In this document: piece after piece, positions 1 to 11,700 of the stretch
How the letters are laid out: each line of letters begins with the position of its first letter
Position numbering within the stretch: position 1 is the stretch's first letter
Source of the DNA: Bilabrum cf. latius
Lineage: Eukaryota
DNA: 64,000 nt
Assembly: GCA_965178125.1 (NCBI GenBank)
Contig: OZ237735.1
Coordinates: 2,604,001-2,668,000, forward strand
Direction of reading: 5' to 3'
Position numbers and translations under genes: made by a program
Notes under the pieces: model-generated
What the model saw: the letters and a program-made list of their open reading frames with translations, nothing else
The model's database searches: none
Told to the model about the DNA's origin: nothing

Positions 1-2856
1 GTCGAGGTGGAAGGCAGAGCATCGAGGGGGCTTGCCTTGGTGGCCTCTTTGGGAACGATGGAGCCCGACACCGGCGAACTCGTGCAGAGTGACATTGGTG
101 ATCGAGATAGTACCATCTGCGGAGACGGCACCCAGGGAAAATTGTCGCGTGAAGACAGAACGAAGGAGCAGGAGCATGTTGGATCTTTGGTGGGGGTGCA
201 GCCAGATCCCAGGCGTAGTGACGGGGCCTCCGCGGCAAGGCAGCGGTCACCACCACCACCAAGTGAAGAGCAGCTTCGAGTCCGTGCGATGGACCCCGCG
301 CCCATGTATCCCCACCCAATCGGTCCACAGGTCCCTTCATATTCTGGTATTTATCCGGAATTCTCTGCCATCTTCACCGGGTGCATGGAGGGGCTGTCAG
401 CGATCGGGCAAGCGGTGCGTGGCGGCCACAGTGGCCAGAAACGAGGCAAGCGCATCAGGGCGCAGAGGGCAGACGCGGTCCAAGCAGCAACGTGCTTCTT
501 GAGCATACTCCAGGCAGTCAAGGCTCACGATGTGGAGGCTGCCCCTTTCCAGGCGCCTCGCGGCAGCCTTCAGGGCCGCCTCACTCGAGAGGCCTACGTG
601 TCGCTCATTGCGCCGGTGCAAGCGGGCACAGGTGAGAGCGACAGCGGCAACGCGGGAGGCTCCGCGGACACCACCGACTCAGACGACGCGGACGAATGCC
701 CGCCCTCGCCCTCGCCTTCTACTCGTGGATCCAGCGATCACGAGGTCGACTCTGTACCCGGGGCCGATGACATCTGGTGGTCAAAGGCGGGCCAGAGGCT
801 GACCGCGCCGGATAGCGGACATGTACTCAGCCGAGGAGACGCAGAAATCTCCGCTGGGATTGCGGCGCTGCGCCGGAGGGCAGGCAAACCGGAGGCAAAG
901 CCGGCTCATGCTGCCACTGGGATGATGGCATCGCACGCAAAGCACCCCCCAAAACAGCCCGCTGTTTTGCCGCCGAGTGCAGCTTCCCACAAGGCGGGGC
1001 GCGGTAGATCCTCACGGGACATTATTAGAGCACAAGGAGACTTGCGCTCATCCCTGGCAAAACTGAGAGCCCTGTACACACTCGCCACGGACGATGAGGC
1101 ACTGCAAGGCAGGCCAGCCAGTGCCCCCAGCCAGAGTGCCGGCAACGAAGGCTCTGGATTCGCCCTGCCTGATCCACCGAAAGCTTCGTCTCTCGAGCAC
1201 TTTACTCGCGTCTTTCGGGTCATCCGGAATCGAAATGAGGTGTATTCCTTGGTCTGCAACGCGTTGGCGACGTGGGAGCGCCCGCCGAGCAAGCGCCGGG
1301 TGCAGCTCCAGGAGGATGCGGCGGCCGAGGGCAATCAGTCCTCCATGTGGCCCACTCTCACCGGGGGTGGCCTCTGGAGGGAAATGCACTGGGCGCTTGA
1401 CGTCACTCCCGGCTGGCACCTCCTGTGGTCCTGGGGAAAGCCGCCGGTGCAGCGATCCAAGCTGGTGGTCTGGCAGAAGGTGAACCACTTCAAGCACGCC
1501 AGAGAGCTCTGCAGGAAGGATCTACTCAAGAAGAACCTGGGCAGGTATCAGTGCCTGGGTGGGCGCATGGCCAGGGCATTCACCATCATGCCGCCTACCT
1601 TCGTGCTGCCCAAGGAGTACCTCGCGTTCGCTGAGGCGTTCGGGAAAGAGACCTACGGGGCCATGTCGGGCGACTCGGTGGCGGCCTATGCTACGACCAA
1701 TCAGAGCACGGCTCGCACAGTGGCTGCAGCGGCGGCAGCTGCGCTCTCCGCCGGAAAGGGCGTAGCACGAGTGGGTGCTGCTTCGGCAGCCGGGGCGCAG
1801 GCATAGGGTGGAGCAGGACCTAATTGGTGGATCCTCAAGCCCGTGGGCATGTCGAGAGGGCGAGGGATTGAGCTGGTCACCAGCATCGAGGACGTGCGAT
1901 ACGGCCAGGACTGCGTGCTGCAGCGGTACATCCGGAACCCTTGCTTGCTGGATGGATACAAATTCGACCTTCGGCTCTACGTGCTGGTGACGTCTTTCTC
2001 GCCGGTGGAGGCCTTCCTGTACACGAAGGGATTCGCAAGGCTGAGCTCTCGAAAGTACTCAACGAACACCGAGGGTGCCTCCGACAAAGCCATCCACCTG
2101 ACGAACAGCTCGATCTAGAAGCACGTGCAGGCAGGAGCGGCCTCGACAGTGCATTCGGCGGGTCAGGAGCACGCGGGTGGGACCAAGATATCGCTGCAGT
2201 ACCTTTGGCAGCGCCTCGCCGCGGATGGCAAGGACGTGCAGGCAGCCTGGTCCAACATCGTTGATGTAATTGTCAAGAGTCTGGTTTGCTTGGATGACGT
2301 GGTGCCTCATCAGCCCAACTCGTTCGAAGTATTCGGCTACGATGTCCTGCTTGACGAGAATTTGAGGGCGTGGCTGATCGAGGTGAACAGCAGCCCGTCC
2401 ATGGGCATTGACTCCATGCTGGACGCGCGCACAAAGCTGTCTCTGATCCGCGACACGGTGGCTCTCGTTGACCCCTTGCCTTTCTCGCACGAGGCGCTGG
2501 CAGAAGTGACTGAGAGGAGGATCCACATGCACGCGGAGGCAGCCAGGCGGCCGCACCAGGTCTCCATAGGCAGCGGGCTAGGCTCTGGCTCTGGGGCGTC
2601 GGTCACGGGTGAGGACCGCAGGCAGCTTGACCTCGACCTGTTCAGAGTCCTCCGAGGGAGGCGGCCCCGCGCGTACGGTGAGATGCCCGCGAGCCTGGGG
2701 GCCTACGAGAGGATATGTCCCGGGTCAGAGCCGTTCCGAAGGGTAATGAAGCTGAAGTTTTCTTAGTTTGCTAGCGGTACGCGAGCCGGCAAGGCGCGCC
2801 TGACCAAGATGGCGAAGGCGCTTGGCGCTGCGGGGTTGAGAAGAAAAGGGACCTGA
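1..2856 (+). CDS. Tubulin-tyrosine ligase-like (TTLL) polyglutamylase-type protein, 5'-partial
   Basis: ORFs 7-1806, 1843-2118 and 2125-2766 share one frame, joined by TAG at 1804, 2116 and 2764; first non-TAG stop is TGA 2854-2856. TTLL motifs: QKVNHF..LCRKDLL, WILKP..SRGRGI, QRYI.NP.L.DGYKFDLRLYVLVTS, HLTNSSI(Q)K, FEVFGYDVLLD...WLIEVNSSPS. Confidence 0.9.
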
Positions 2857-3043
2857 TCGAATTGTGGATCGTTCTATCTTGGCAGCCGTACGCGCAAATT
2901 GAGATCCATCTCTGCCTAGCCTTTGCTCAATCACCATGGTATCCTAATTCAACAAAACATCCGACACATGTTCTTGTAGCCAGATTGACGATCGTGTTCG
3001 CAATCTCGCTTAGACGCCCACAGGCTTGGCCCGGTCTGTCCCA

Positions 3044-5438
3044 TCACAGCTGCGTGGCCTGCCCAGATGACTGCACGCCCGCTGCATCCCTCGATGGCTC
3101 TGTGCTCCCAGGCGGGCAACACGCGATCCCGCAGTACGTGCACGGCCGGCCCAGGCAGCAGCACGCGCGGTTGCAGAAGCCGGCATCCGTATTCGGAGTT
3201 GAACAGCAGCCGTCGACCTCAGAATCGAGTACCGGGTGCGATGGAGCGGCGTTGCACAGGCACGGCAGCGCGGGGAACATTGACGCGTCCTCATACACCT
3301 CGTAGCAGCACCTTTGCACCTTCTTCCCTTCGCCCCCACCCCCGCAGCAGCAGCAGCACGCGTACCCCACGCACGCGACGCAGTTCCCGCAACCGATGCA
3401 AACAGCCCGAATGGTGCACAGCATAAGGATGAAGACTGTCGTGCATGGCACCACGATAAAGAAAAAGATAAACACCACGAACCCGCCCGGAGTGCCGGAC
3501 GGCTGGCAAGTGTCTCCGTCCTCGTCCGCGACTGGGACCACGAAGCATCCGCCATCGGGCACACCTGATTGATCTTGAAAGTAGCCGTAGCTGGCGTTGT
3601 TCTCTGTCACCATGGGATACCAAGCCGACCCGTGCGTGTAGTATGTGCACCTGTTGACATCTCCTCCACCAATGGCTGGCAGTATGTCCAAGCCCTTGCC
3701 TACAAGCTTCATGCAGCGATCCACCGCAGGCCGGTTCTGCAAATCGGTGACCCCAAACATGCACCGCATTCCCACATTCACGTCCAGCGACACTGCATAC
3801 GGATCCAGGCCGTCATAGAACCCCACGATGTGGTCAGAATGGTCGTCCGACGGATCCACGAAACCGCGCCACGAATCGGCTGGGTTTCCCATGGATTTGC
3901 CCTCGAACGTGAAGCACTGCGATCCCGTGGATCCAAACGTTACCGTGCGGAACCGCAGCTCGTGCACGTGCGCGTAGTACATGGACACAAGCTGCGCCCT
4001 TGTGCCGCCCTAGGAGTACCCATGGAAGGAGAAGTCCATGACGTCATCCTGCGTGGGTTCGTCGCCCAGGATCTCCTCGGCGATGGCGAGCGAGAGCGGA
4101 AACTGGCCGAAGGACTCGATGTCGTCTTCAAAGACGTAGTCGGACGAGTAGTCCCCGTTCTGCACGGCGTCTTTCAGGGCTCTGATTAGCTTCCTGACGC
4201 GAGCATTGAACTCTGGGAGGTGATGGTGAAGAGCACAGAGAGCGAGGCGGCAACAAGATCCGCGACTGCGAGATAGGGGATGGCTTGCTTTACTTCGAGT
4301 GAGACTCACCGAAGCGGACAGCCTGCCTAACAAACCATTCGAAGGCGCCTTCTTGGTCCTCCTCGTCCTCGGAGATCGACAGGCCTGCCTCGCGGTACCC
4401 GGACACAAGCGCCTCTCGGCTCTTGTGGTACATGAAGTTGCCGAACAGCAGCCGCACATTATAGAAATCGATGTCTCCGTAGCTGCCCCTGTAGCTCAGC
4501 ACCTGGTGCCCGCTGCCCATGGTCCACAGCACGGCATACACGCCCACCTCGTCGTCGGGCAGGAAGTCACCCGAGTCGCCGATGAAGGCGGTCTCGTTGG
4601 TGGCCTTGTCGGTGCCATCGGCAAAGAGCTGGTTCTTGAGCTCGGCCCGGAATCTGTTGGTGGCATCGAGCCTGTTTTGTTCTTCCTTCTCAACTGTGTC
4701 AGAGGCAGGCCCGAAGATGCTGCCCCCTTCGGCAAGCAGCTCAGAGAATTTGTCGGGGTCCACGCTGAGATCTTCGTCAGGGAAGGAAGTGATGCACAGC
4801 TTGGAAGAGGTGTGCACTCGCTCAAGGGGCGTGAGTCCTGAGAGTTCTGGAAGGACCACTTGGTCGATGGTGTCGCCACCAGTCGCGCTTTGCGACCGGC
4901 GGCTGCCAGAGAGAGCGCCACTGGCACTGGCAGCCTCACCGCGCCGGCTCCCAGGGGTGGCCAGCTGGCTCTCCGAGCCACGTGTGTTGCGGCTCGTGCG
5001 GAGCTCCCGCCTCTTCGTTCTCAGCTCATCTTCTTCTTCGGGTGTAAACTTGTGCACTGCCTACACCGTGTTCTTAAGCAGAGGGTGCTTCTTAAAGACG
5101 ATTTCAGGTGCAAATCCGTTGAAGGCCTGCAGCATAGGTTCGGACAGAGCAGGATTCAGCGCACTGGTGCGTGACTTCGATTACTAATGACTGCCGGCAT
5201 CTGTCAATTTAGATGCTTAACTGATTATGCATGCAGCCTTGCACTTCATCTCGGCGCCTGTAGCTCGAAGAGCTGTGGTCTCGCAAATGAGGCTGGGTCC
5301 ATCCGTATCGTCTGCGTAGGCTTTCCTCACCTGTTCGTGCAAGCGCCTGTGAGTTGGTGGCATAGCATCATGGATGTGTTCAAATTTGATAGCATGCACA
5401 GCAGCTAGACCGAGCAATAGTCCTACAGCGCCCTTCAT
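3044..5438 (-). CDS. Signal-peptide, single-pass membrane protein with Cys-rich C-terminal tail, unknown function
   Basis: N-terminus MKGAVGLLLGLAAVHA (ATG 5438). In-frame TAG at 5061 and 4010. GT-AG intron 4309-4213 keeps frame. TM segment GGFVVFIFFFIVV followed by CCCCC-rich tail; TGA at 3044. The 5' exon junction (about 5130-5250) is unresolved. Confidence 0.6.
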
Positions 5439-5746
5439 GGCACTCAATTCTGCCAAAGAAGCGCATGCTGCAGACCGCGAGGAAACCGCAATTCGGATCT
5501 AATAATATCTCGAGGAAACACCGATTCGGTATCATATCGTTAAATAAGGGTTGTTTGGGATCTTTGCAACTCGATACGTTGGGCGGAGCAGTCCACCAGA
5601 TTCGCGTGTGCCCGCCGCGGACGGCGTCGCACTCCGAGAGTCTGCCACTGGCAGCCGTCTGCCAGTGGTTCCGTGGTCGCAACTACATTATGTCCACATC
5701 CCCCCTGAATCACAGGGCCTTTGGAAAGTCTCAACCTAGTTTCAAT

Positions 5747-8700
5747 TCATTTTCCATATGATTCATTCGACTTGCCGTGGTCCGCCCCTGAATCGCTCTG
5801 CTAGGCCTCCGGCTGCCAGGACGAAACTCTGGCCATCGAAACGGCACCAAGGCCGCCCGCCTCCATCCCGGCGGCCCCGCCTGCAATCGGGCTAGTTGCG
5901 CCGCTCAGCACCTTGCTAGTTGCAGCGCTAATGCCCTTGCTCTGCGTCAGGGCTGACCGCAACTCATGGAGCGAGATGGCCCCGTCCCCGTCCTGGTCGA
6001 TGGCAGCCACTAGCTCGCCCACCTCCGACGGTGCCAGCTGCACACCGGCTTGCGAGAGTAGCCCGTTCAAGTCTTCCGGGCTCAGCAGCCCGGAATGATC
6101 CCCGTCTGCCGCCTCGAAGAGCCTCGAGATCGACACGCCGCCGCTGGCCATCGCATCTGCCACTCGCGCGATCAGCTGCCTCCTCGCCCGCAGGTGACCC
6201 TCATCCCTAGTTGTGAACAGGGTCGACAGCGGTGTCCCGGCCCACGAGGCCCTGGGCCGCTCCCGCCGCCGCTCCACCATTGTCTGGAAGAATCGCTCCC
6301 TGTCTGCAACTGCCACCCGAGACATGGCTCGCAGCAGAGCTCTGACCCCCGATGACGAGTAGTACAGGTCTGCGTTCATCAGCTTGAGCAGAGCGCGGGG
6401 CAGATGTCGGTCGGGCACCAGACGGTTCAGCCTAGCAGCCAGCTCTCGCTGCGGCGCGTCGATCTCCTTCCCTGCACCTGCTGCCGCGGCAGCTCCAGAG
6501 GTAGTCTCCTCTGTGCCCCCCCCCACAGGGGGCAGGTCCCCCCCCACAGGGGGCAGGTCCCCCCCCACAGGGGGCAGGTCCCCCCCCACAGGGGGCAGGT
6601 CCCCCCCCACAGGGGGCAGGTCCCCCCCCACAGGGGGCAGGTCCAGCACGGTGCCACTGGCAGGCAGGTATACCTCCGCCGACCGCGCCACACCGATGGC
6701 GTCCGGTGACTGCTCCGACAGCGGCGCGCCGCTCCCATTCCGCATGGCCCCGTGGAGCATGCGTCGGAGCGCCGCCGCATGCGCGAGAGGCACAAGCATG
6801 GTGGCTGCCCCGTCGTGAGGAGTGGACCCTGCGTCCGCCCCCCTCTGCGAGGGCGTCTACCCCACCCCGAGCATCGAGGGGGACCGGAATCCATACGGAT
6901 CGCTTGCCCCTTGCCCGCTCCCCATCGCAGCAACGGGTCCCTTAGACGTGGTGTCCTCCACCAGCTCCAGTGGCGCGGCTGTGCTCTGGTCGGGGGCACC
7001 TCCCGGCAGCGCCACCCTCACGGCCACCTCTGCGAGCTTGAGGCGGAAATCAGGCTAGAACACGATGCGTGGGGGGGCCCAGCCCCTGCTGATGAACAGA
7101 TCCTGTCCAACGGAGGCAAGGGGCGACTGGTCCTGGTGCGGCTGCCACTTGGCAAGGGAATGGAAGTGGCCGGCGGAGGCCTCGATCGCATCGGCAGCGG
7201 CCGCCTGTAGCCTGCCAAGCGTTGCCTGCTCCTACTCGGTCAGGCCACGGGGGGTGCCATCGTCCCCGCCGCTCTTCGACTCGCTCGTGCCTGCGCCTTG
7301 GCTGGCCTGCTCGCTCAGTACGGCCCTCAGACGAGCCCGCTCGGCCTGCTCCGCGGCGACCGCAGAAGCAGCCCGAGCTGCCGCTAGCACCGCATCTAGG
7401 TCCGCGGGGCTCCTGTCACCTAGCTTCACGTCGGCTGCGGCATACCACTTCATGTGCGTGACCTGTTTCTGCTCCTCCTTCTGCTCTTCTTGCTCCTTTT
7501 GCGCCTCCTTCTCCTGGATCATGTTCTCGTCCAGCCGTCGAGCTGCTGCACGCTGAGCCGCGAGCAACTCGTCCTCCTTGTCCTCTTTGCCGGCATGCAA
7601 GCCACCGGCAGCAGTGACACCCTGATGCTCTTTCATTCGCGCCTGGCGCTGTTCTTCCCTTTGCTGCTTGGCCGCTTGCGCCCTCCTCCGTATCTCAGCC
7701 AGGGCAGCCTCGGACGACGGCCTGACGAACTGGTTGACGCCCTCAAGTTGCTGCTCCAGCGACTGCTCGAAGGGCATCCCCTCATACTCCTCCCCGGGAT
7801 CGCCAGGAGCGGCCTCCCCCTTGAACGAAAAGTCCACGTCCTCGCGGAACACAGCTAGCGCGTCCTTCAAGGCCTCCTGCGTGCGAGGTACCTCACCCTC
7901 CCTTGCGTCTCTGCGCCGCACGCCGCCGTGGGCCAGCAGCAGGTCGGCGAGGGCGCTCTTTCTCCACACCTGCTCCAGGTCCTGCTGCCTCAGCTGCGCG
8001 TGCTGCAGCCTCTCGTGCTCGATGGTGTTGCGAGTCAGCCATGCAAGCACAGACACTGGGACTGGCTCGGAACCCCACAGCGAGCCCGCCGACCTCCTGA
8101 CCAGCCCTTGGATCTCGGGGGTCAGCAGCAGCTCCACCGTCTGACCCTTCGCGATGCCGCGCATGCGCCAGGCCGCTTGACTCACCGCGCGCACGTCCGA
8201 ATCCTTGCCTAACGTCAGCAGGGCGCGGGCGGTTGGCGCCTGCGCCAGGTCTGCACCGACGCAGTGGCTCTGGTCGTAGAAGCTCGTCCGCTTGGAAGGG
8301 TCGATGCCCACCTCGGACAATAGCTGCGGCCTGGGGTTCCCTCGCACCAGGATACGCTTGTCATCGTGCCGGTCAAAGTACACCACGCCATCCATGCCCT
8401 TGAGACCCTCCTTCAGCAGGAAGCGAGCCACCTCCTCGTTGTCCATGCCAAACACCAGCGCCCCGCAGTCTATGAGCGCATGGTACGGTGGGTCTGCCCT
8501 TGCCACTGCACGCAGCAGCCCGCGCACGGTCCAGCCCTCCGCATCTGCCACCCCATCGCCTGCGGTTGCACCGCTAAAGCCGGGCAAGTCAGCCATGCTG
8601 ACCACCTTGGGGTCGGTCAGGACGTGTATGATGCGGCCCTCCGAGCCCCTCTCGAAGCGGCAGGGTCCCATCGCCATCGGGGTCAGGTCGTTGGCCGTGC

Positions 8701-11700
8701 CGCTAAACCCGAATCGGACATCAAAGAGCGTGTCAGAGCCCAGCTCCTGCGCACTGGCCGAGATCTTTGCCTCTCGGTGCGAAGTCACCGTGTTGTACAC
8801 CACCGTCCGCAAAAAGTGCTCAATGGTCGGGACGTGGTATTGCAGGAGCCGCCAGGCCTCGAGCACGTGCGTGGGCTCCTCCACCTCGAGAAACTCCAGG
8901 CTGGGCACGCGAGGGAGCCCTTTGTGCGCCTGCCGGAGCGTCTCGTCGTCGAGGTCGCGGGTGTCCAAGCCAGCAGCCGCCGCCACGTCCAGAGAGCTCT
9001 GCCTGCTCACAAGGGTCGGCAGTTCGTCCTAGCCATCTGCTTCCGTGCTGTCGCCCGCCACAAGCGGCTCTGCCCCGCTGGAAGGCTGCCTGCTCATCGT
9101 TGCACTCGGCGCCCTGCCGCCTCGCGACGCGCCCCGAAGGCTGATGGCGCGGACGGCCACGGAAGCCGACCTCTGCGAAAACGCCTCGGCCAGCCGCCCG
9201 AACTTGCCCGTCCACTCCTCTCCGGCGCCGGCGATCCAGCTCTGGAAAAGCTTCCTCGAGGCCCTCTCCTCGTAAATACCCGGCTCTCGCTTGAGCGAGC
9301 TCTTGAGGTGCCGCAGCAGCACACGGATGTGCCTGAGCTGCAGGCCCTCCTGTCTGAAGCCAAGGTACGTCAACGAGATCAAGGCATCAACATGGGCAAA
9401 GTCAGCGGTGGGGGAGGGCACGTCCTTTGCCAGGAATGGCACCGCAACGAGGCCTCGGCGCTGGGCGCCCTGCGACAGCCCGCTGCTCATGGCATCGGAG
9501 TTCTTCGGCATCTCGGAATCCCTCAGGAGACCGTATGTAACTCGGTCGATCTTGCTGAGCACGTGAGGCCCCACCGAGGACACCCACTCCCTGCAGAGCA
9601 GCAGGATCTCCGTGGACCTTTTGCCCAGAAGTGCAAGCACCGCCCGTCTCTGCGGCTTGGTGAGCATCCCGCCTTGGCTCGCACCCAGTACGAAGGATAC
9701 CACGCAGCGCTGCGGCACTGGTCCTACCATGGTATCGCCCGCCCGGGGCCGAATGAATCGGTTCAGGCCTGCCTTAAGCTGCGCGAGCTCCTCTGATGAC
9801 ATCGATTCCTGACCGGCCTGCGAGGGACTGGAAGCATCAGCATCAGCATCGCCATCCTCGCGGAGCGGCAAGCCGCGGACCGCCTCTGTCACGGCATCAT
9901 CGTACAGGCTCTGGCTGGCGCGATCCGCTGCTAGTGCACCGTCCAACTGACTCGCCTGCCCCCCCTCCTTGGCCTGCTTCTGCCTTGCAGAGAGCTGCAC
10001 TTCTGCGCTGCGACGGACACCAGACGCGGCCTTTGTGAGATCTGACCTCACGGCATCCAGCGCGGATGCGCCGACAGCACCCATGAGCTGGAGGGCTTGC
10101 ATCATCTGTGCCCCCTTCTCTCCCAACCGCCCGATCGGCAGCTGGCTCGCGGCAGCTAGTGCAGCGTCCGACTGCCCTTGGACTGCTTGAAGCACCTGCT
10201 TGGCAGCCGAAACCGAAGCATCCGCGATGATTGACGCCGCCTTGCCCCAGTACTCCACCGGGATATCGTCCTGCACCTGCAATAGGAGAGAGGCTGCATC
10301 GCTGACGTCTCCCACGTCCTTGACCGCGTCCTTGAAGGCCTGCTGCTCCTCCTCCTGCGGGGTCTGCAGGCGGTTCCTTGACCGGAGCCACCAAGCCATC
10401 CAACGAGCAATTGCGTGTCCCAAGTGCTCCTCGTAGAAATGCCTCTGCAGCAGGATCAGGTGAGGCGACACCTGCAAGGCCCGCTTGCGCAAACCAAGTG
10501 CAATCGTGTCGCGGATGGGCATCTCGGCGGGGTTGATCTGGTTCTTGCTGCGCGACTTGGCCTCGCCCTGTGAGCTGGCACCGCCGCCGCCACCGATAGG
10601 CCCGAGCCCGAGCATCTCATCCCCGCCCACTGCCCCCAGTTCGGCATCGGGGTCGAAGTCCTCATTGCCCTCGGCCACGCCGTCAGAAGCAGGACCGGGG
10701 GCAGCAGGGTCCAGCGACCGGGCTCCGCTCGAACGCCCGGCTGCAGCGTCGGTGGCCCGGCACAGCACGTCCAGGATTGCAATCGGCAGCTCCCAGCGCT
10801 CCGGCCTCGGCTCTAGGTTCTTTTTGCTCGAGATGGGGTAGTTGCACTCGCTGGTCATGCTGTTGAGAAGGGCGTCAACCTCGTCCATGATCACGAGGCC
10901 CTTCTGCGCGGGGCTGAACATGTCAAGGATCTGAGCCAGCTCCTCGGCAGCCTTGGCGTGCTGCTCGGAGGACTCGCCTGTCGCGCTGTGGCGGGGAGTC
11001 TTGCCGTCCGTGCCGACGCCCTTTCCTGCTGCCTCGATGAACACGAGCATGAGCGACTTGATCGAAGTCGGGTCGCTCAGCACGATGCCTCCGCATGCCT
11101 GGGTGTCCTTGAGCTTGCGCCTCAGTTTCTTGAGCTCCCCGATCCCCTTCTCCTCAACAAATCCTCGGTTGAACTGCAGCTGGATGATGCGCTTGGGAAT
11201 CACGCGCGTGAACCGCTCGTACAGCACCTGGGCCGTCTGCGGGATGAGCGCTGCCGGAGCCACCTGCGTGACGAGTGTGTTCCCGTCCGCCAGTAGGAGA
11301 CTAGCCAGCGGCCCGATGGCGGCCGTCTTGCCAATGCCCATGAGGGCGCTGTAAATGCTAGAGGGGGAGTTCTTCCCGATGGACACGTCATCAGGGGACA
11401 CCTCCCTCCTGGCCTCGGCAGCAAAGCTGTCCACAAGCTCGACCTGTCTCTGTCGAAGGATCCAACCAAACAGGAACTCAAACACGAGGTACCGCGTGTC
11501 GAACACCGCCCCTCGAGAGTGCGAACCACCCGCAGCGCCTTCCGGTTCCGCAAAGGTAAGAGACCCATCCGCCTCGCTTGCTGCCACCCCCTTGGTGTAG
11601 TGCCTCACAGCCGACACCGTGGCAGCCAGCCTCTGGCCCTGCTGCAGCAAGCGGTCCGCTTCGTCAGCCTGAAGGGCTGTGCTCCTGCTTGCTAGCTTGC

